Counted from the first letter of the stretch, positions 8,070-17,572 are shown. The stretch is 24,815 bases of DNA from Thermoproteota archaeon (GCA_027491735.1 JAOZGP010000027.1:1-24815), one strand, 5' to 3'. Translations and numbers: made by a program. The notes: generated from the sequence alone by a model not told the origin.

Positions 8070-8999
8070 CTAGTTGCACTGAGATCGGCTCACCGAAATC
8101 CCCTGAAAGACCTCCCCGTCTTTAACAGCCACCCAAGCCAGCCTTCCAGCGGTCTGCCCAGCGAAGAATTCCTCCGATGAGTTAACAGCTATCAGCCCAT
8201 AAATCTTGCCTGTATGCTTCTTTATCTCGCTCAGTGTTTGAATGACGGCCGATCTAACGCTTCTTCCATTGTTTATCCGGTCAACCACAGATTTAGCAGC
8301 TAGGGTGACCATAGCAGCTTCCCCTAAGCCGGTTCCCGAGGCCGCACCCCTAAGCCACGCGTAGGTACCCGCCCCTATCACCGGGGTATCACCAACTCTT
8401 CCTGGCAGCTTCATCCAAATTCCGCCTGTGGAAGTGGCAGCAGCGACCTTTCCGTAACACGACGAAACTGCTCCCACAGTATCGAAGTAGTTTATGTGTT
8501 TAATGACTCTCCTTACTTCGGACAGAAGGTCGTCGCATCCATCCCCGCTCAGGAGCTTTGATCTCATTTCACCATATCTCTTGAGGATCTCTTCTGTCGG
8601 ACCAGGATGTCTTTCAAACCCCAGTTTTTCAGCGAGAATATCAGCTCCTCTACCTGAGATCAGAACATGTGGTGTCATCTCCATAACAACCCTGGCCAAC
8701 CTTATTGGGTTCTTTGGGAAGCTCGCCGAGCACACAGCACCAGCCATTCCAGTGGAACCATCCATTATGGCAGCGTCCATCTCGAGCTCTCCAAGGAGGT
8801 TAAGAACCGATCCCACGCCAGCGTTGAAGGTTGGATCGTTCTCCATTAGGAGAACTGCTTTCTCAACAACATCGACGTGATCCTTGCCGCAATCAAACAT
8901 GCTATATGCCTCAATCGCTATTTTTTGAAGATGAAATAGCACGCTGGGCACGTTGTAGGAGGGACGGGCCACTCCTCCATGAATTAGGAGCACGGGCAT
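8070..8999 (-). CDS. Isoaspartyl peptidase/L-asparaginase (Ntn-hydrolase)
   Basis: LLIHGG start, FNAGVGSVLN, EMDAAIMDG, autocleavage site D/TVGAV, AATSTGG, PGRVGDTP and SGTGLGE. Start moved to ATG 8999, 4 nt after the gltX stop. Confidence 0.92.
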   Translation of the reverse strand: MPVLLIHGGVARPSYNVPSVLFHLQKIAIEAYSMFDCGKDHVDVVEKAVLLMENDPTFNAGVGSVLNLLGELEMDAAIMDGSTGMAGAVCSASFPKNPIRLARVVMEMTPHVLISGRGADILAEKLGFERHPGPTEEILKRYGEMRSKLLSGDGCDDLLSEVRRVIKHINYFDTVGAVSSCYGKVAAATSTGGIWMKLPGRVGDTPVIGAGTYAWLRGAASGTGLGEAAMVTLAAKSVVDRINNGRSVRSAVIQTLSEIKKHTGKIYGLIAVNSSEEFFAGQTAGRLAWVAVKDGEVFQGISVSRSQCN

Positions 9000-9003
9000 G
9001 AAA

Positions 9004-10749
9004 TCACCCATGAGAGAATACCAGGTGAACGGCGTTTCCAATGGAGTCAACTCTAGCAAAACCGAAGCGGACAAGCTGTATGATCTCCCCTTCTCTTAGA
9101 GCTCTCATTTTTGGTTCACCGAATCCTCCTATTATGGCCATGGAGAAGGGAGACAGGGGCTTCATCACCTTGACAGGAGTTGAGTCCTCCTTTGGAACCC
9201 ATTGCACGATCATCTTGCTGCTGGGGATCGGCTCTTGACTTTCGAAAACTGCGGACACCTCATCGGACATCACACTTTTTATTCTTATCGTGGCCAGGTT
9301 CCTGAGCCGTATAACATCCCCCCTGATGAGCTTCTTGAAGTCATACCCCGATATGTAGACCTCTGCTTTCCCATTTGATGGCCTAACCTCTATCCTCCTG
9401 CTGCCCATCTCAGGCCTGTCCGGATGAACCTTAACCTCCGCGATTATCCTCTCAGGAAACTCCTCGATCCTGAGTTTTATCGGATCCGGCACGAACATGT
9501 ACCGAGGAACTTTGGGGTCCAGTATCTTTCTGTTCACTGCAGCCAGAGCATCGAAGCTCACCGTGGAGTCCACCTTGCTCGGACCTAATTCGAAGAAGAA
9601 CCTAGTGAGCGCCTCTGGAGTTATTCCTCTCCTGAAAAGTCCCCGAAGAGTGGGTATCCTCGGATCATCCCAGCCCTCCAGTATTCCTGTTTTTATCAGG
9701 GGTCTTATGTAGCGCTTTGAGAGAGGTATTCCCTCCACCGTTATCCTCCCGAACTGTATCATTTCGTACTCCCTAAGCCCTAACTTCCTCACTATGGTCC
9801 TCTGAACCTCCACATGAGGCTCAAATTCCTTGCTCCTGAAGGCATGAGTGACACCCGTGAGCGAGTCCATCACACTTATTGAGAAGTCGTACGTTGGATA
9901 GACCCTGTATTTATTTCCATGAATTGGATGTTCGGCCTCCACTATTCTGAATATACCAGGATCCCTCATGGTCCTGTTAGGATGTCTCATGTCAGTTTTC
10001 AGCCTCAAATGCGCCTCCCCCTCGTGAAGCTCGCCGCCAAGCATTTGTTCCCATAGCTCTAAGTTTTTCTCAATTGTATGAGTTCTGTGTTCACACTCAA
10101 TCCCGGAGTTCCTGAACTTTCTGACTGTTACAGCATTGCATGTACAGACGTAGGCATCTCCTTGGGTTATCAGTTTTTCGGCCAGCTCATACATCTCCAC
10201 CAGATGATTGGACTCTATGATCTCCTCGTCCCACCTGCCAGGAGAGAGGTTCAGCTCTCTCTCGGCTGCCTCAAGGACTCTGGCAAACTCCTCTCTTATG
10301 GCCTCATAGAACTCAAGCTTCTCGACTCTTGGATTTGTGTCCTCGAATCTCAGCAGAAATTTTCCTCCGTAGAGCCTTGCGTAGATGAAGGGAACCAGTA
10401 AACCTTTTACATGACCTAGAGTGGGGTAACCGTTCGGTTCGGGTGCTACTCTGGTAACTATCACATCATATTTCTCAGCGTTGGGGAGGGCAGGCCATCT
10501 CCTTTCCTCCTCCCCCTTTTCCCTCTCCTTAAGACCTTCTGCCAGAGATTGAAGCTCCTTCCACTCCAGAGAGTTTATCTCCAGAACTATTCTCTCAACG
10601 ATCTGTTTTATTTCCTTTGCCTTAGGTCTTAGTTCCGGTTTTTCTGAGAATATCTTGGATAAAACAGGGTTAACTTTAGCTTTTCCGTACTTGATAGCAT
10701 TTGCAGCAGCTATCTTTCTTATCAGTTCCTCCAGATCGGAGAAGCTCAA
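9004..10749 (-). CDS. gltX: Glutamyl-tRNA synthetase (archaeal type)
   Basis: Archaeal N-terminal helical domain, TRVAPEPNGYPTLGH (HIGH variant), LRFEDTNP, YPTYDF, LSKR (KMSKS variant), GWDDPRIPTL and C-terminal QLVRFGFARVD. TTG start. Confidence 0.95.
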   Translation of the reverse strand: MSFSDLEELIRKIAAANAIKYGKAKVNPVLSKIFSEKPELRPKAKEIKQIVERIVLEINSLEWKELQSLAEGLKEREKGEEERRWPALPNAEKYDVIVTRVAPEPNGYPTLGHVKGLLVPFIYARLYGGKFLLRFEDTNPRVEKLEFYEAIREEFARVLEAAERELNLSPGRWDEEIIESNHLVEMYELAEKLITQGDAYVCTCNAVTVRKFRNSGIECEHRTHTIEKNLELWEQMLGGELHEGEAHLRLKTDMRHPNRTMRDPGIFRIVEAEHPIHGNKYRVYPTYDFSISVMDSLTGVTHAFRSKEFEPHVEVQRTIVRKLGLREYEMIQFGRITVEGIPLSKRYIRPLIKTGILEGWDDPRIPTLRGLFRRGITPEALTRFFFELGPSKVDSTVSFDALAAVNRKILDPKVPRYMFVPDPIKLRIEEFPERIIAEVKVHPDRPEMGSRRIEVRPSNGKAEVYISGYDFKKLIRGDVIRLRNLATIRIKSVMSDEVSAVFESQEPIPSSKMIVQWVPKEDSTPVKVMKPLSPFSMAIIGGFGEPKMRALREGEIIQLVRFGFARVDSIGNAVHLVFSHG

Positions 10750-10755
10750 TGAGGT

Positions 10756-11937
10756 TCACCCGCTGATCAGTTCACCAACTTTTTTCCTCCTCAACATGGC
10801 CAGGAGGACTTCCAAACCTTTTTCCCTTATCATATTTCTCTCGGTGGCTATTCCGCTGAAACCTATTACCTGAGAGGTGCTCTTGTCGTACACCACATAG
10901 GATTTCTCGCCCCATCCTGGTTTTCCTGACATCTCCACTCTCTCGGGATTGAATCCCTGTTTCTCAGCCTCCGGACTCGTCCATCCAATTGAGATCATGT
11001 GAATGCCTCTCAGGAAGACATCCTTCTGGTAGCGCGGTATTCTCAGAGTCATCTTTGATCCAGATATAGCTTTAGCCACATTAAAGGACATTATGGTGGC
11101 AGCTGTTCCTATTCCAGCATACTCAGGCTTGTTCGTCAAAGGATCATGTATTATGGCTGCGTCTCCAAGAGCAAACACGTTCGGATCTGATGTCCTGCCC
11201 TGCCTGTCGACGTTGATCACCCATCCTTCGTGGAGATCGAGACCACACTTGGAGGCCAACGTTATCTCCGGTGAAACCCCTGTGGCCCTGTACACCATAT
11301 CCGCTTCAACGAAATCTCCTGAATCCAGGAGAACTCCGTTCTCCTTTACCTCCTTGGGGCTACCCTTGGCGAACTTGACTCCGTGTTCCCTGAGCTTCTC
11401 CTCGAGATAGGCCGATATCTCCGGCTCAAGAGATCTCCTTATCAGACGAGATCTCACGATGACCACAGGTTCAGCTCCTACGGATCTGGCTACGTCTGCT
11501 ATGTGCAGAGCCACGTAACTAGCTCCTATTATCGCCACCCTGCTGGGGTTCTTATCCACGAGAAGGTCAACATCGGACTTCTTCCTGAATCCATACGTGA
11601 GCTCGGATCCGGGGACCTTTCTGAGACTGGATGGATTAGCTCCTGTCGCGAGGACGAGAAAATCGTATTTTATTCTTTTTCCACTCCTTAGCTCGACCTC
11701 CTTTTGATCTCTCCTCACCTTGATGACGTGATCCTCCAAGAACTCAACTCCATCGGACTCCAGGTGCCTCGTACTAACGGAGATGTCCTCTCCTGAGGGA
11801 ATGAGCCTAAGCTTGTGGCGAACGTAAGGTTTCTCATCTCCAATTACAGCCACCTTAGCGTCTTCAACGAACTCTACAGTATGTCTAGCAGTTCCCATAC
11901 CGCCGAGCCCAAAGCCAACTATGACAACCCTCCTCAT
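10756..11937 (-). CDS. FAD-dependent pyridine nucleotide-disulfide oxidoreductase family protein (NAD(P)H oxidase/rubredoxin-reductase-like)
   Basis: GFGLGG FAD motif, YDFLVLATGA, second Rossmann IIGASYVA, ATGVSP and TSDPNVFALGD. Confidence 0.88.
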   Translation of the reverse strand: MRRVVIVGFGLGGMGTARHTVEFVEDAKVAVIGDEKPYVRHKLRLIPSGEDISVSTRHLESDGVEFLEDHVIKVRRDQKEVELRSGKRIKYDFLVLATGANPSSLRKVPGSELTYGFRKKSDVDLLVDKNPSRVAIIGASYVALHIADVARSVGAEPVVIVRSRLIRRSLEPEISAYLEEKLREHGVKFAKGSPKEVKENGVLLDSGDFVEADMVYRATGVSPEITLASKCGLDLHEGWVINVDRQGRTSDPNVFALGDAAIIHDPLTNKPEYAGIGTAATIMSFNVAKAISGSKMTLRIPRYQKDVFLRGIHMISIGWTSPEAEKQGFNPERVEMSGKPGWGEKSYVVYDKSTSQVIGFSGIATERNMIREKGLEVLLAMLRRKKVGELISG

Positions 11938-12016
11938 TAGCCCACCAGTGACGCATCCTGGGAAAATCTATTAAAATTGTTTACATAGCTGACGGCCTTA
12001 CGTAGCCGCAACAAAT

Positions 12017-12170
12017 TCAGTGAAGAATAGTGGACAAAGGAGTGTTCTCAACCGTATTTTCGAGCCAGAATTTGATAGCTTCTTCGATAGCCTCGCTCAA
12101 AGAACTTTTTAACCCTTTAGCTTGATCGCTTTAGATCTAAACTTTCTTCCTATGGGGATAGGTCTACGAA
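12017..12170 (-). pseudogene. Frameshifted ribbon-helix-helix (CopG-like/antitoxin-like) gene remnant
   Basis: RKFRSKAIKLKG* continues after a 1-nt shift in the TAAAAAG tract (~12106-12111) as KSSLSEAIEEAIKFWLE. This matches the small archaeal RHH pattern of the form 'FRxxAxxxxGxxxGxLSxAIEEAIxxWL'. No intact start was found. Confidence 0.55.
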
Positions 12171-12185
12171 ATGCTGTAGAGGACC

Positions 12186-13490
12186 CTAGGAGGATATGAG
12201 GGACTCCCTTGAGAACACCTTGCCACTTACGTACAAAAGCATCACGAGATATATCACCGAAAACACCAGCGACATCGCTATAGGCATCAAATTGGAGGGA
12301 TTGACGAGCAGATCTCTCACAAACACCATTATGCTCGCTACAGGAACACAAGCTAGGTAGTTCATCATGGAGGGCGGCATGTAGGGCACGGCTACTATGA
12401 GAAGCATCAGCACCATGGTGACGAATCCCATGTACTGCTGAGCCTCTTTGAAGCTTTTAGCGAACGATGCTACCACAGCTATTATTGAGTTTCCGGTAAG
12501 AGCTGCCAGGACCACCGCCAAAAAGATTCCAGCGAGCACTAGAGGCAGAGCCTTCGCCGCTGGTATGATGATCGTCAGGTTGAGATTTTCCTGACGGTGA
12601 AGAGGTCCTAAAGCTGATGTAAAGAGTAGATTCATCAATAGAAGGGACGCTAAAGCTGATGCCAGAGTTACTATAGCGCTTAGAAAAGCTATTGCTGTCA
12701 TGGCCAGATATTTGCCAACCAATATGGACGTACCCGATACAGGGTTCGTGAACAGTGCTTCCATGGTTTTCCTCTCCCTCTCTCCAGCTATCATGTCCAG
12801 AGCGAACGCGCTCGCTCCTGTCATAGCTATTACGCCGATGAATATAGGAAGAAGCATCACAGAGATCACGCTTGTGGGGCTGGCGAGTGAGACCCCCTTC
12901 GATACCACCTCCTTGCTGACCTCCTTTATCGGTCTTACGTAGGACTCGGTGAGGTTCAGCTCCTTCAGCCTGTCACTGACTATCCTGGATTGATAGCGCT
13001 CTACAATGCTCGAGACCATTGTTATCGCTGTGGAGGACTTCATATTATATGGATCATAGTAGTAGAACACATTGGATTGCCCACCTCTGCTTATGTTCAA
13101 CGAAAACCCCCTAGGTATTATCACAACCAGGTCCGCCTTGTTTTGAAGGATCGTCTTGTTTGGATCTATGTTTTTCTCGAAGGATACCTTGGGAAGATCC
13201 CTCATGAGCATAGAGACTAGCTTTGTCGCGTTGAGGTCTCTCACGACCACTACAACATTTGGGGGATTCGTTTTGGGACTGATAAAAAAGAAGGGAAGCG
13301 CGAAAGCCACTGGCATCAGTATTAATGGAAGAAGAAGGACGTTTACTATAGTTCTTCTGTCTCTGAACGAGTCAACGATCTCCTTCCAGAGGACGATTAA
13401 TTCGGGTCTCTTGCCAAACGTGTAACCAGCCCTTCCGAGGGATCTGGTCACCTTGACAATTCCTGATGACCCTCTCCTGAGGATCTTCAA
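12186..13490 (-). CDS. ABC-2 exporter permease, NatB-like
   Basis: WKEIVDSFRDRRT N-terminal motif, large extracellular loop, IAGERERKTMEALFTNPVS...GKY, FAKSFKEAQ and multiple TMs. 4-nt overlap with the ATPase gene. Confidence 0.9.
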   Translation of the reverse strand: MKILRRGSSGIVKVTRSLGRAGYTFGKRPELIVLWKEIVDSFRDRRTIVNVLLLPLILMPVAFALPFFFISPKTNPPNVVVVVRDLNATKLVSMLMRDLPKVSFEKNIDPNKTILQNKADLVVIIPRGFSLNISRGGQSNVFYYYDPYNMKSSTAITMVSSIVERYQSRIVSDRLKELNLTESYVRPIKEVSKEVVSKGVSLASPTSVISVMLLPIFIGVIAMTGASAFALDMIAGERERKTMEALFTNPVSGTSILVGKYLAMTAIAFLSAIVTLASALASLLLMNLLFTSALGPLHRQENLNLTIIIPAAKALPLVLAGIFLAVVLAALTGNSIIAVVASFAKSFKEAQQYMGFVTMVLMLLIVAVPYMPPSMMNYLACVPVASIMVFVRDLLVNPSNLMPIAMSLVFSVIYLVMLLYVSGKVFSRESLISS

Positions 13491-14224
13491 CGCTCAACCA
13501 CCTCTTGACGCACAAGTTTCACGAAAACATCTTCAAATTCCTTCTCTCCGGAGATCCTCATCAGATCGTCCTTACTACCTTGATAGACTATCCTGCCTCT
13601 GTTTATTATGGCGACCTCCTGACACAGCCTCTCCACCTCAAACATGTTGTGAGTGCTTATCACGACGGTGTTGCCTTCCTTGGCATAATCCTCTATCATC
13701 CTTCGGATCTCCCTTGCGCTCATGACGTCCACGCCTAGGGTCGGCTCGTCGAGTATCAATATGGGGGGTTCGTGTAGTATCGCCCTGGCGAAGGCCACCT
13801 TTTGTTTCTGTCCTCTGGATAGCTTGTCTGCTATGACATATCGCTTCTCCATGAGGTTAAGCTTCTGAAGAAGCTTTACAACTCTCCTCTCGAGCTCCCT
13901 ACCCCTCAGACCTCTCAGTCTTCCGAAGTAGATCAGGTTTTCCTCAGCCGTGAGTCTGGAATAAAGTCCTGTTTCTTCGGGCATCACGCCGAGGTTTTTC
14001 TTTGCTTGCGCTGGTTCTCTCAGGACATCATGTCCCATGACGTAAGCCGTGCCCGAGGTGGGTCTGAGCACCCCGTATATCATCCGAAGTGTGGTAGTCT
14101 TGCCAGCCCCGTTGGGACCTAGATATCCGAAAACAACACCACTTCTCACGGAGAAGCTCACGTCGTCCACAGCAACTACTCCTCCGAACTCTTTACGCAG
14201 ATTATCAGCTACTATGGCGTCCAT
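13487..14224 (-). CDS. ABC transporter ATP-binding protein, NatA-like
   Basis: GPNGAGKTT, LSRGQKQK signature, LILDEPTLGVD and STH H-loop. Confidence 0.95.
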   Translation of the reverse strand: MDAIVADNLRKEFGGVVAVDDVSFSVRSGVVFGYLGPNGAGKTTTLRMIYGVLRPTSGTAYVMGHDVLREPAQAKKNLGVMPEETGLYSRLTAEENLIYFGRLRGLRGRELERRVVKLLQKLNLMEKRYVIADKLSRGQKQKVAFARAILHEPPILILDEPTLGVDVMSAREIRRMIEDYAKEGNTVVISTHNMFEVERLCQEVAIINRGRIVYQGSKDDLMRISGEKEFEDVFVKLVRQEVVER

Positions 14225-14257
14225 CTTTACGTCTCAGGGGTCTGGAGTTGTAGCAGC

Positions 14258-14267
14258 TATTTAAATA
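14258..14267. promoter_or_regulatory. Palindromic TATA box (TATTTAAATA) between divergent genes
   Basis: Perfect palindrome about 34 nt from ATG 14224 (-) and about 29 nt from ATG 14296 (+). Confidence 0.55.
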
Positions 14268-14295
14268 CTCAGCGAGCCCCAGACCTCAGAAGGGT

Positions 14296-15525
14296 ATGAG
14301 ACGCAGTATTCCCCTCCCCTTGCTGCTTATGCTGCTTGTTTCCCTCCCGGCAATGTGTGTGAAGGCACAGTACACGAACATATCCGTGAAACCCGAATCT
14401 GTCTATTCTGGAGGGCTCGTGACAGTTTCTTTCGACATTGTAGAGAGCCTCCCGGGGAAACCAAAACCCAAGACTAAGGTTCTGGGATTTGAGGTGAGGT
14501 TCATCCCGCCAAGAGGGTGGAAGGTCTTCAGAGGAGAGATCTGGGGATACGACGAGGAGAATAATGCTCTGGCATTGAGAGGGTACTGGAAGGACAACAG
14601 GACTGCTGTTGTAGTGAAGGGAAGTCCTATTATAAGCTCCAAGGTCTCGGTGATCATGCAACCTTCTGTGGGAGAGCGGAACAGCACAAGGAGCATCTAT
14701 GCCATAGTTCATGCTATCGTGCTGCACAACAACGGAACTGTTCAGAACATCTCCTTCTCCCTGAACGCCAAGGTCTTCGTCATCGAGTGGCGGCCAAGGA
14801 TCAACATGACGATCGGCCCCGAGAGGATAGTTCCACCAGGAAGGTTGAGGGGAAAGGTTGATATCTACCTTCTCAGCCCCCTTCCAAAGTTTGATCTCAA
14901 AGATGTTCATCTAAAGTTGACGATCCCTGATATGGGAATTGTGATCAGGGATCAGCGCATAGCGAGGATATATTACCCATCCAACACGAGCGTGACCTTC
15001 GTTGTCCCCATCAGGCCCTCCATGCCCGGCGGCAGGCACGAGGTTCTGTTTGAGATCACCTACACAGTCGACAACACAACAAAGGAGTTTGTAGTGAGAA
15101 AGTGTTTTGAAATACGCAAACCAGCTAGCTTGACAATCAGGTTGATCTCATGGACCTCCACTCTCACTCCCGGTCAAAACGCTACTTTGAGAGTCAGCGT
15201 TTCGAATCCCTCCAATTTCATAGCATATAGGTCGCAGCTCCATGTCATGACGGCAAATGGTGATATCTACACTGAGGACCTCGGAGATCTTCCTCCTGGA
15301 GGTGTTAGACAGGTCACAATGAGCATACCAAGCTCAAGTCCTGGAAATATCTCTGTATGGGCTTCCTGGTACAATGAAGGAGACAGTATTCCCTCGAGGA
15401 CACCCTATCTGATCAGAAAGCTTTCCATCTGGAACTGGTGGTTTGTCTTAGCAGTGATCTTAGTGCTAGGAGGTGCTTTTATTGGTTTCGTACTCTGGAG
15501 AAGGAAAAAGACAGCTGAGCTCTGA
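14296..15525 (+). CDS. Membrane-anchored surface protein with Ig-like/CARDB-like domains (COG1361-like)
   Basis: Signal peptide, beta-rich repeats (TLTPGQNATLRVSVSNPS, LGDLPPGG), N-x-S/T sequons, C-terminal TM followed by RRKK. Confidence 0.75.
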   Translation: MRRSIPLPLLLMLLVSLPAMCVKAQYTNISVKPESVYSGGLVTVSFDIVESLPGKPKPKTKVLGFEVRFIPPRGWKVFRGEIWGYDEENNALALRGYWKDNRTAVVVKGSPIISSKVSVIMQPSVGERNSTRSIYAIVHAIVLHNNGTVQNISFSLNAKVFVIEWRPRINMTIGPERIVPPGRLRGKVDIYLLSPLPKFDLKDVHLKLTIPDMGIVIRDQRIARIYYPSNTSVTFVVPIRPSMPGGRHEVLFEITYTVDNTTKEFVVRKCFEIRKPASLTIRLISWTSTLTPGQNATLRVSVSNPSNFIAYRSQLHVMTANGDIYTEDLGDLPPGGVRQVTMSIPSSSPGNISVWASWYNEGDSIPSRTPYLIRKLSIWNWWFVLAVILVLGGAFIGFVLWRRKKTAEL

Positions 15526-16255
15526 CCTCGATGAGGAGGAGATCAGAAAGCTTGAGGGGATCCTGAGAAGAAGGGGAGCTCGCTTCATCCCAAGCAGGAA
15601 TAGATATGAGAGGTTCAGAGCGAGGTTGAACGGATCTCTTGTGATGGCTTTCACAACCGGGAGGATTGTGTACCACGAGGATCTAGCAGACGTGATACTT
15701 GAGGCCCTCAGGAAGGAGGAAGTCGTGGAGTTAGGCTCTGATGAGGTAGGTAAGGGAGAGGATCTAGGTCCTATAGTTGTCGCCGCAGTCGTTCTGGACG
15801 GAAGATCCCTCGCTTTCCTCAGATCCAGAGGTCTTCTGGATACTAAAAGCTCGTCGACTTTAAGGATAAACTATGTATATGACCTGATAGTTTCTAGGGC
15901 CCTTTCCATCGGGATCCGCGAGATATCTGTAAAGGAATTCCTAACAGTATGGAGGAGAAGAAACCTGAACAGGTTGCTCGCCTCCTGGCATAGGGAAGCC
16001 ATATTGAGGGCTTTAAATGGGGTGAAGAGGGTTGACAGAATTGTAGTCGATTGCTTTGACAGAAGGGTCCTTAGTGAGACCTTGTCTGAGATAGCTGATG
16101 AGGTGGATGCCGAGCTGGTGCTGGAGGAGAGAGCAGACCTGAAGTACGCATCGGTGGCCGCCGCCAGCATCGTGGCCAGAATTAGGAGAGAGAATCTCAT
16201 GGCCCGTGGTGATGTGGGAAGCAAGTGGAGGAGAGGTCTCAGGAGAGGCCCTTAG
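15482..16255 (+). CDS. rnhC: Type 2 RNase H with N-terminal TBP-like domain (RNase HIII-like)
   Basis: GSDEVGKGEDLGPIVV, LDTK, VVDCF and ERAD...SVAAASIVAR. The N-terminal YERFRARLNGSLVMAFTTGRIVY segment fits the RNase HIII TBP-like domain. TTG 15482 follows GGAGGTG. Confidence 0.75.
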   Translation: MVSYSGEGKRQLSSDLDEEEIRKLEGILRRRGARFIPSRNRYERFRARLNGSLVMAFTTGRIVYHEDLADVILEALRKEEVVELGSDEVGKGEDLGPIVVAAVVLDGRSLAFLRSRGLLDTKSSSTLRINYVYDLIVSRALSIGIREISVKEFLTVWRRRNLNRLLASWHREAILRALNGVKRVDRIVVDCFDRRVLSETLSEIADEVDAELVLEERADLKYASVAAASIVARIRRENLMARGDVGSKWRRGLRRGP

Positions 16256-17514
16256 ATCATATCTATGCTCGCTGCATGTTCAGGAAACCCTTCGAGTAGA
16301 GCCAGCTTTCTCATGAGTTCCTTTAGATTAGCTCCTACATCTCCCGAAACCATGACGCTGTACACAGGCCTCAGAAACTCCGCTACCGTTAGAGCTCCAT
16401 ACCTGCGAGCACATCCCCCAGAGGGCAGTTGTTGGTTCATGAATGGAAGGTAATCCCCCAAGGCACTTGGAGTCCTATCTCCAACAAACACCGCTCCAGC
16501 GTTCATTATCTTGTTCGCTAGTTGGACAGCGCTTTTCCCCATAACAGACACTCTCTCGGGTGATATTATGTTTATAGCGCTGATGGCGTCCTCCAGTTCG
16601 TTGAACACAAGGGCTATGCAGTTCTCCTCAAGGAAGGAGGCCGCCATCTTATCGGATTTCATGCCCTCTATCTCAGAGCTGACCTCCTCAGCGAGCTCCA
16701 AGCTATCAGTAACGAGGATCTCGAGGATCTCAGGTCCGTGCTCTGCCTGGGAGATCATCTCGCTGACCACCTTCTTGGGTGATGTGGAGGAGTCGGCAAA
16801 CACCAGGAGCTCGGAGGGACCTGAGGGCATGTCGACGTTTGCGTCCTGAGCTACGACCTTCTTTGCTGTCATGAAGTAGCGATCACCAGTGCCGAATATC
16901 TTGTCCACAGAGGAGATCGTTGCTGTCCCGTAGGCCATGGCAGCCACAGCAACAGGACCTCCTATTCTGTAGATCTTGTCCACATTGAGAACCTTAGCGG
17001 TCGCTAGGAGTAAGGGATTCACTCTTCCTCCGGTCAGAGGAGGCGTGAACACAACTATCTCGTTCACACCGGCTACCTTTGCTGGGATGACGTGGAATAT
17101 CATCGTTGATATGTAGGCCACCTCGTCGAACTCCGGGATATGCACCCCTATTCTGTCCAGTGGCACCCACATAAGCTTGCAGCTTATTCCATCTCCCGAT
17201 ATAGTGAGGTTTTTTTGTTTCTGCAGCTCATGGAACTTCCTCACCTGGTTCACCGTTTCCTCTATGACCTCAAGAGCCTCATCACTCACCTGCGCCATGA
17301 CCTCCTCGTATTCCTCCTTTGAGACCGCGAACTCCTCATAGCTCAGATCAACTCCGTAGAGCTTGGACGTGTACTCCCTGACGGCTTCATCACCGCGGTA
17401 CTTCACGGCATCTAAGATCGGTTGAACTGCCTCTTTGAAGAGGTTCAACTCCACATCCCTATTCTCAAGATGTGCTACGTAGCTCCAAGCCTCCTTTCCT
17501 CGGTAAATCCTCAT
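16252..17514 (-). CDS. hisD: Histidinol dehydrogenase homolog with divergent active site
   Basis: RGDEAVREYT, IPAKVAGV, GGPVAVAAMAYGT, DMPSGPSE, SQAEH, NAGAVFVG, LGDY and EGFPEHA. Several conserved motifs are altered (see findings). Confidence 0.8.
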   Translation of the reverse strand: MRIYRGKEAWSYVAHLENRDVELNLFKEAVQPILDAVKYRGDEAVREYTSKLYGVDLSYEEFAVSKEEYEEVMAQVSDEALEVIEETVNQVRKFHELQKQKNLTISGDGISCKLMWVPLDRIGVHIPEFDEVAYISTMIFHVIPAKVAGVNEIVVFTPPLTGGRVNPLLLATAKVLNVDKIYRIGGPVAVAAMAYGTATISSVDKIFGTGDRYFMTAKKVVAQDANVDMPSGPSELLVFADSSTSPKKVVSEMISQAEHGPEILEILVTDSLELAEEVSSEIEGMKSDKMAASFLEENCIALVFNELEDAISAINIISPERVSVMGKSAVQLANKIMNAGAVFVGDRTPSALGDYLPFMNQQLPSGGCARRYGALTVAEFLRPVYSVMVSGDVGANLKELMRKLALLEGFPEHAASIDMI

Positions 17515-17572
17515 CCTCGGATCACCGCAATCCAGCTATCTTAATTAAGAAGGAAGGGAAATAATTTAAGCT

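Noticed and set aside
14269-14910. 213-aa minus-strand ORF and other long antisense ORFs (e.g. 5097-5576, 8494-8880, 18152-18523)
   Set aside because: They are shadows of well-supported genes on the opposite strand, with no motifs of their own.
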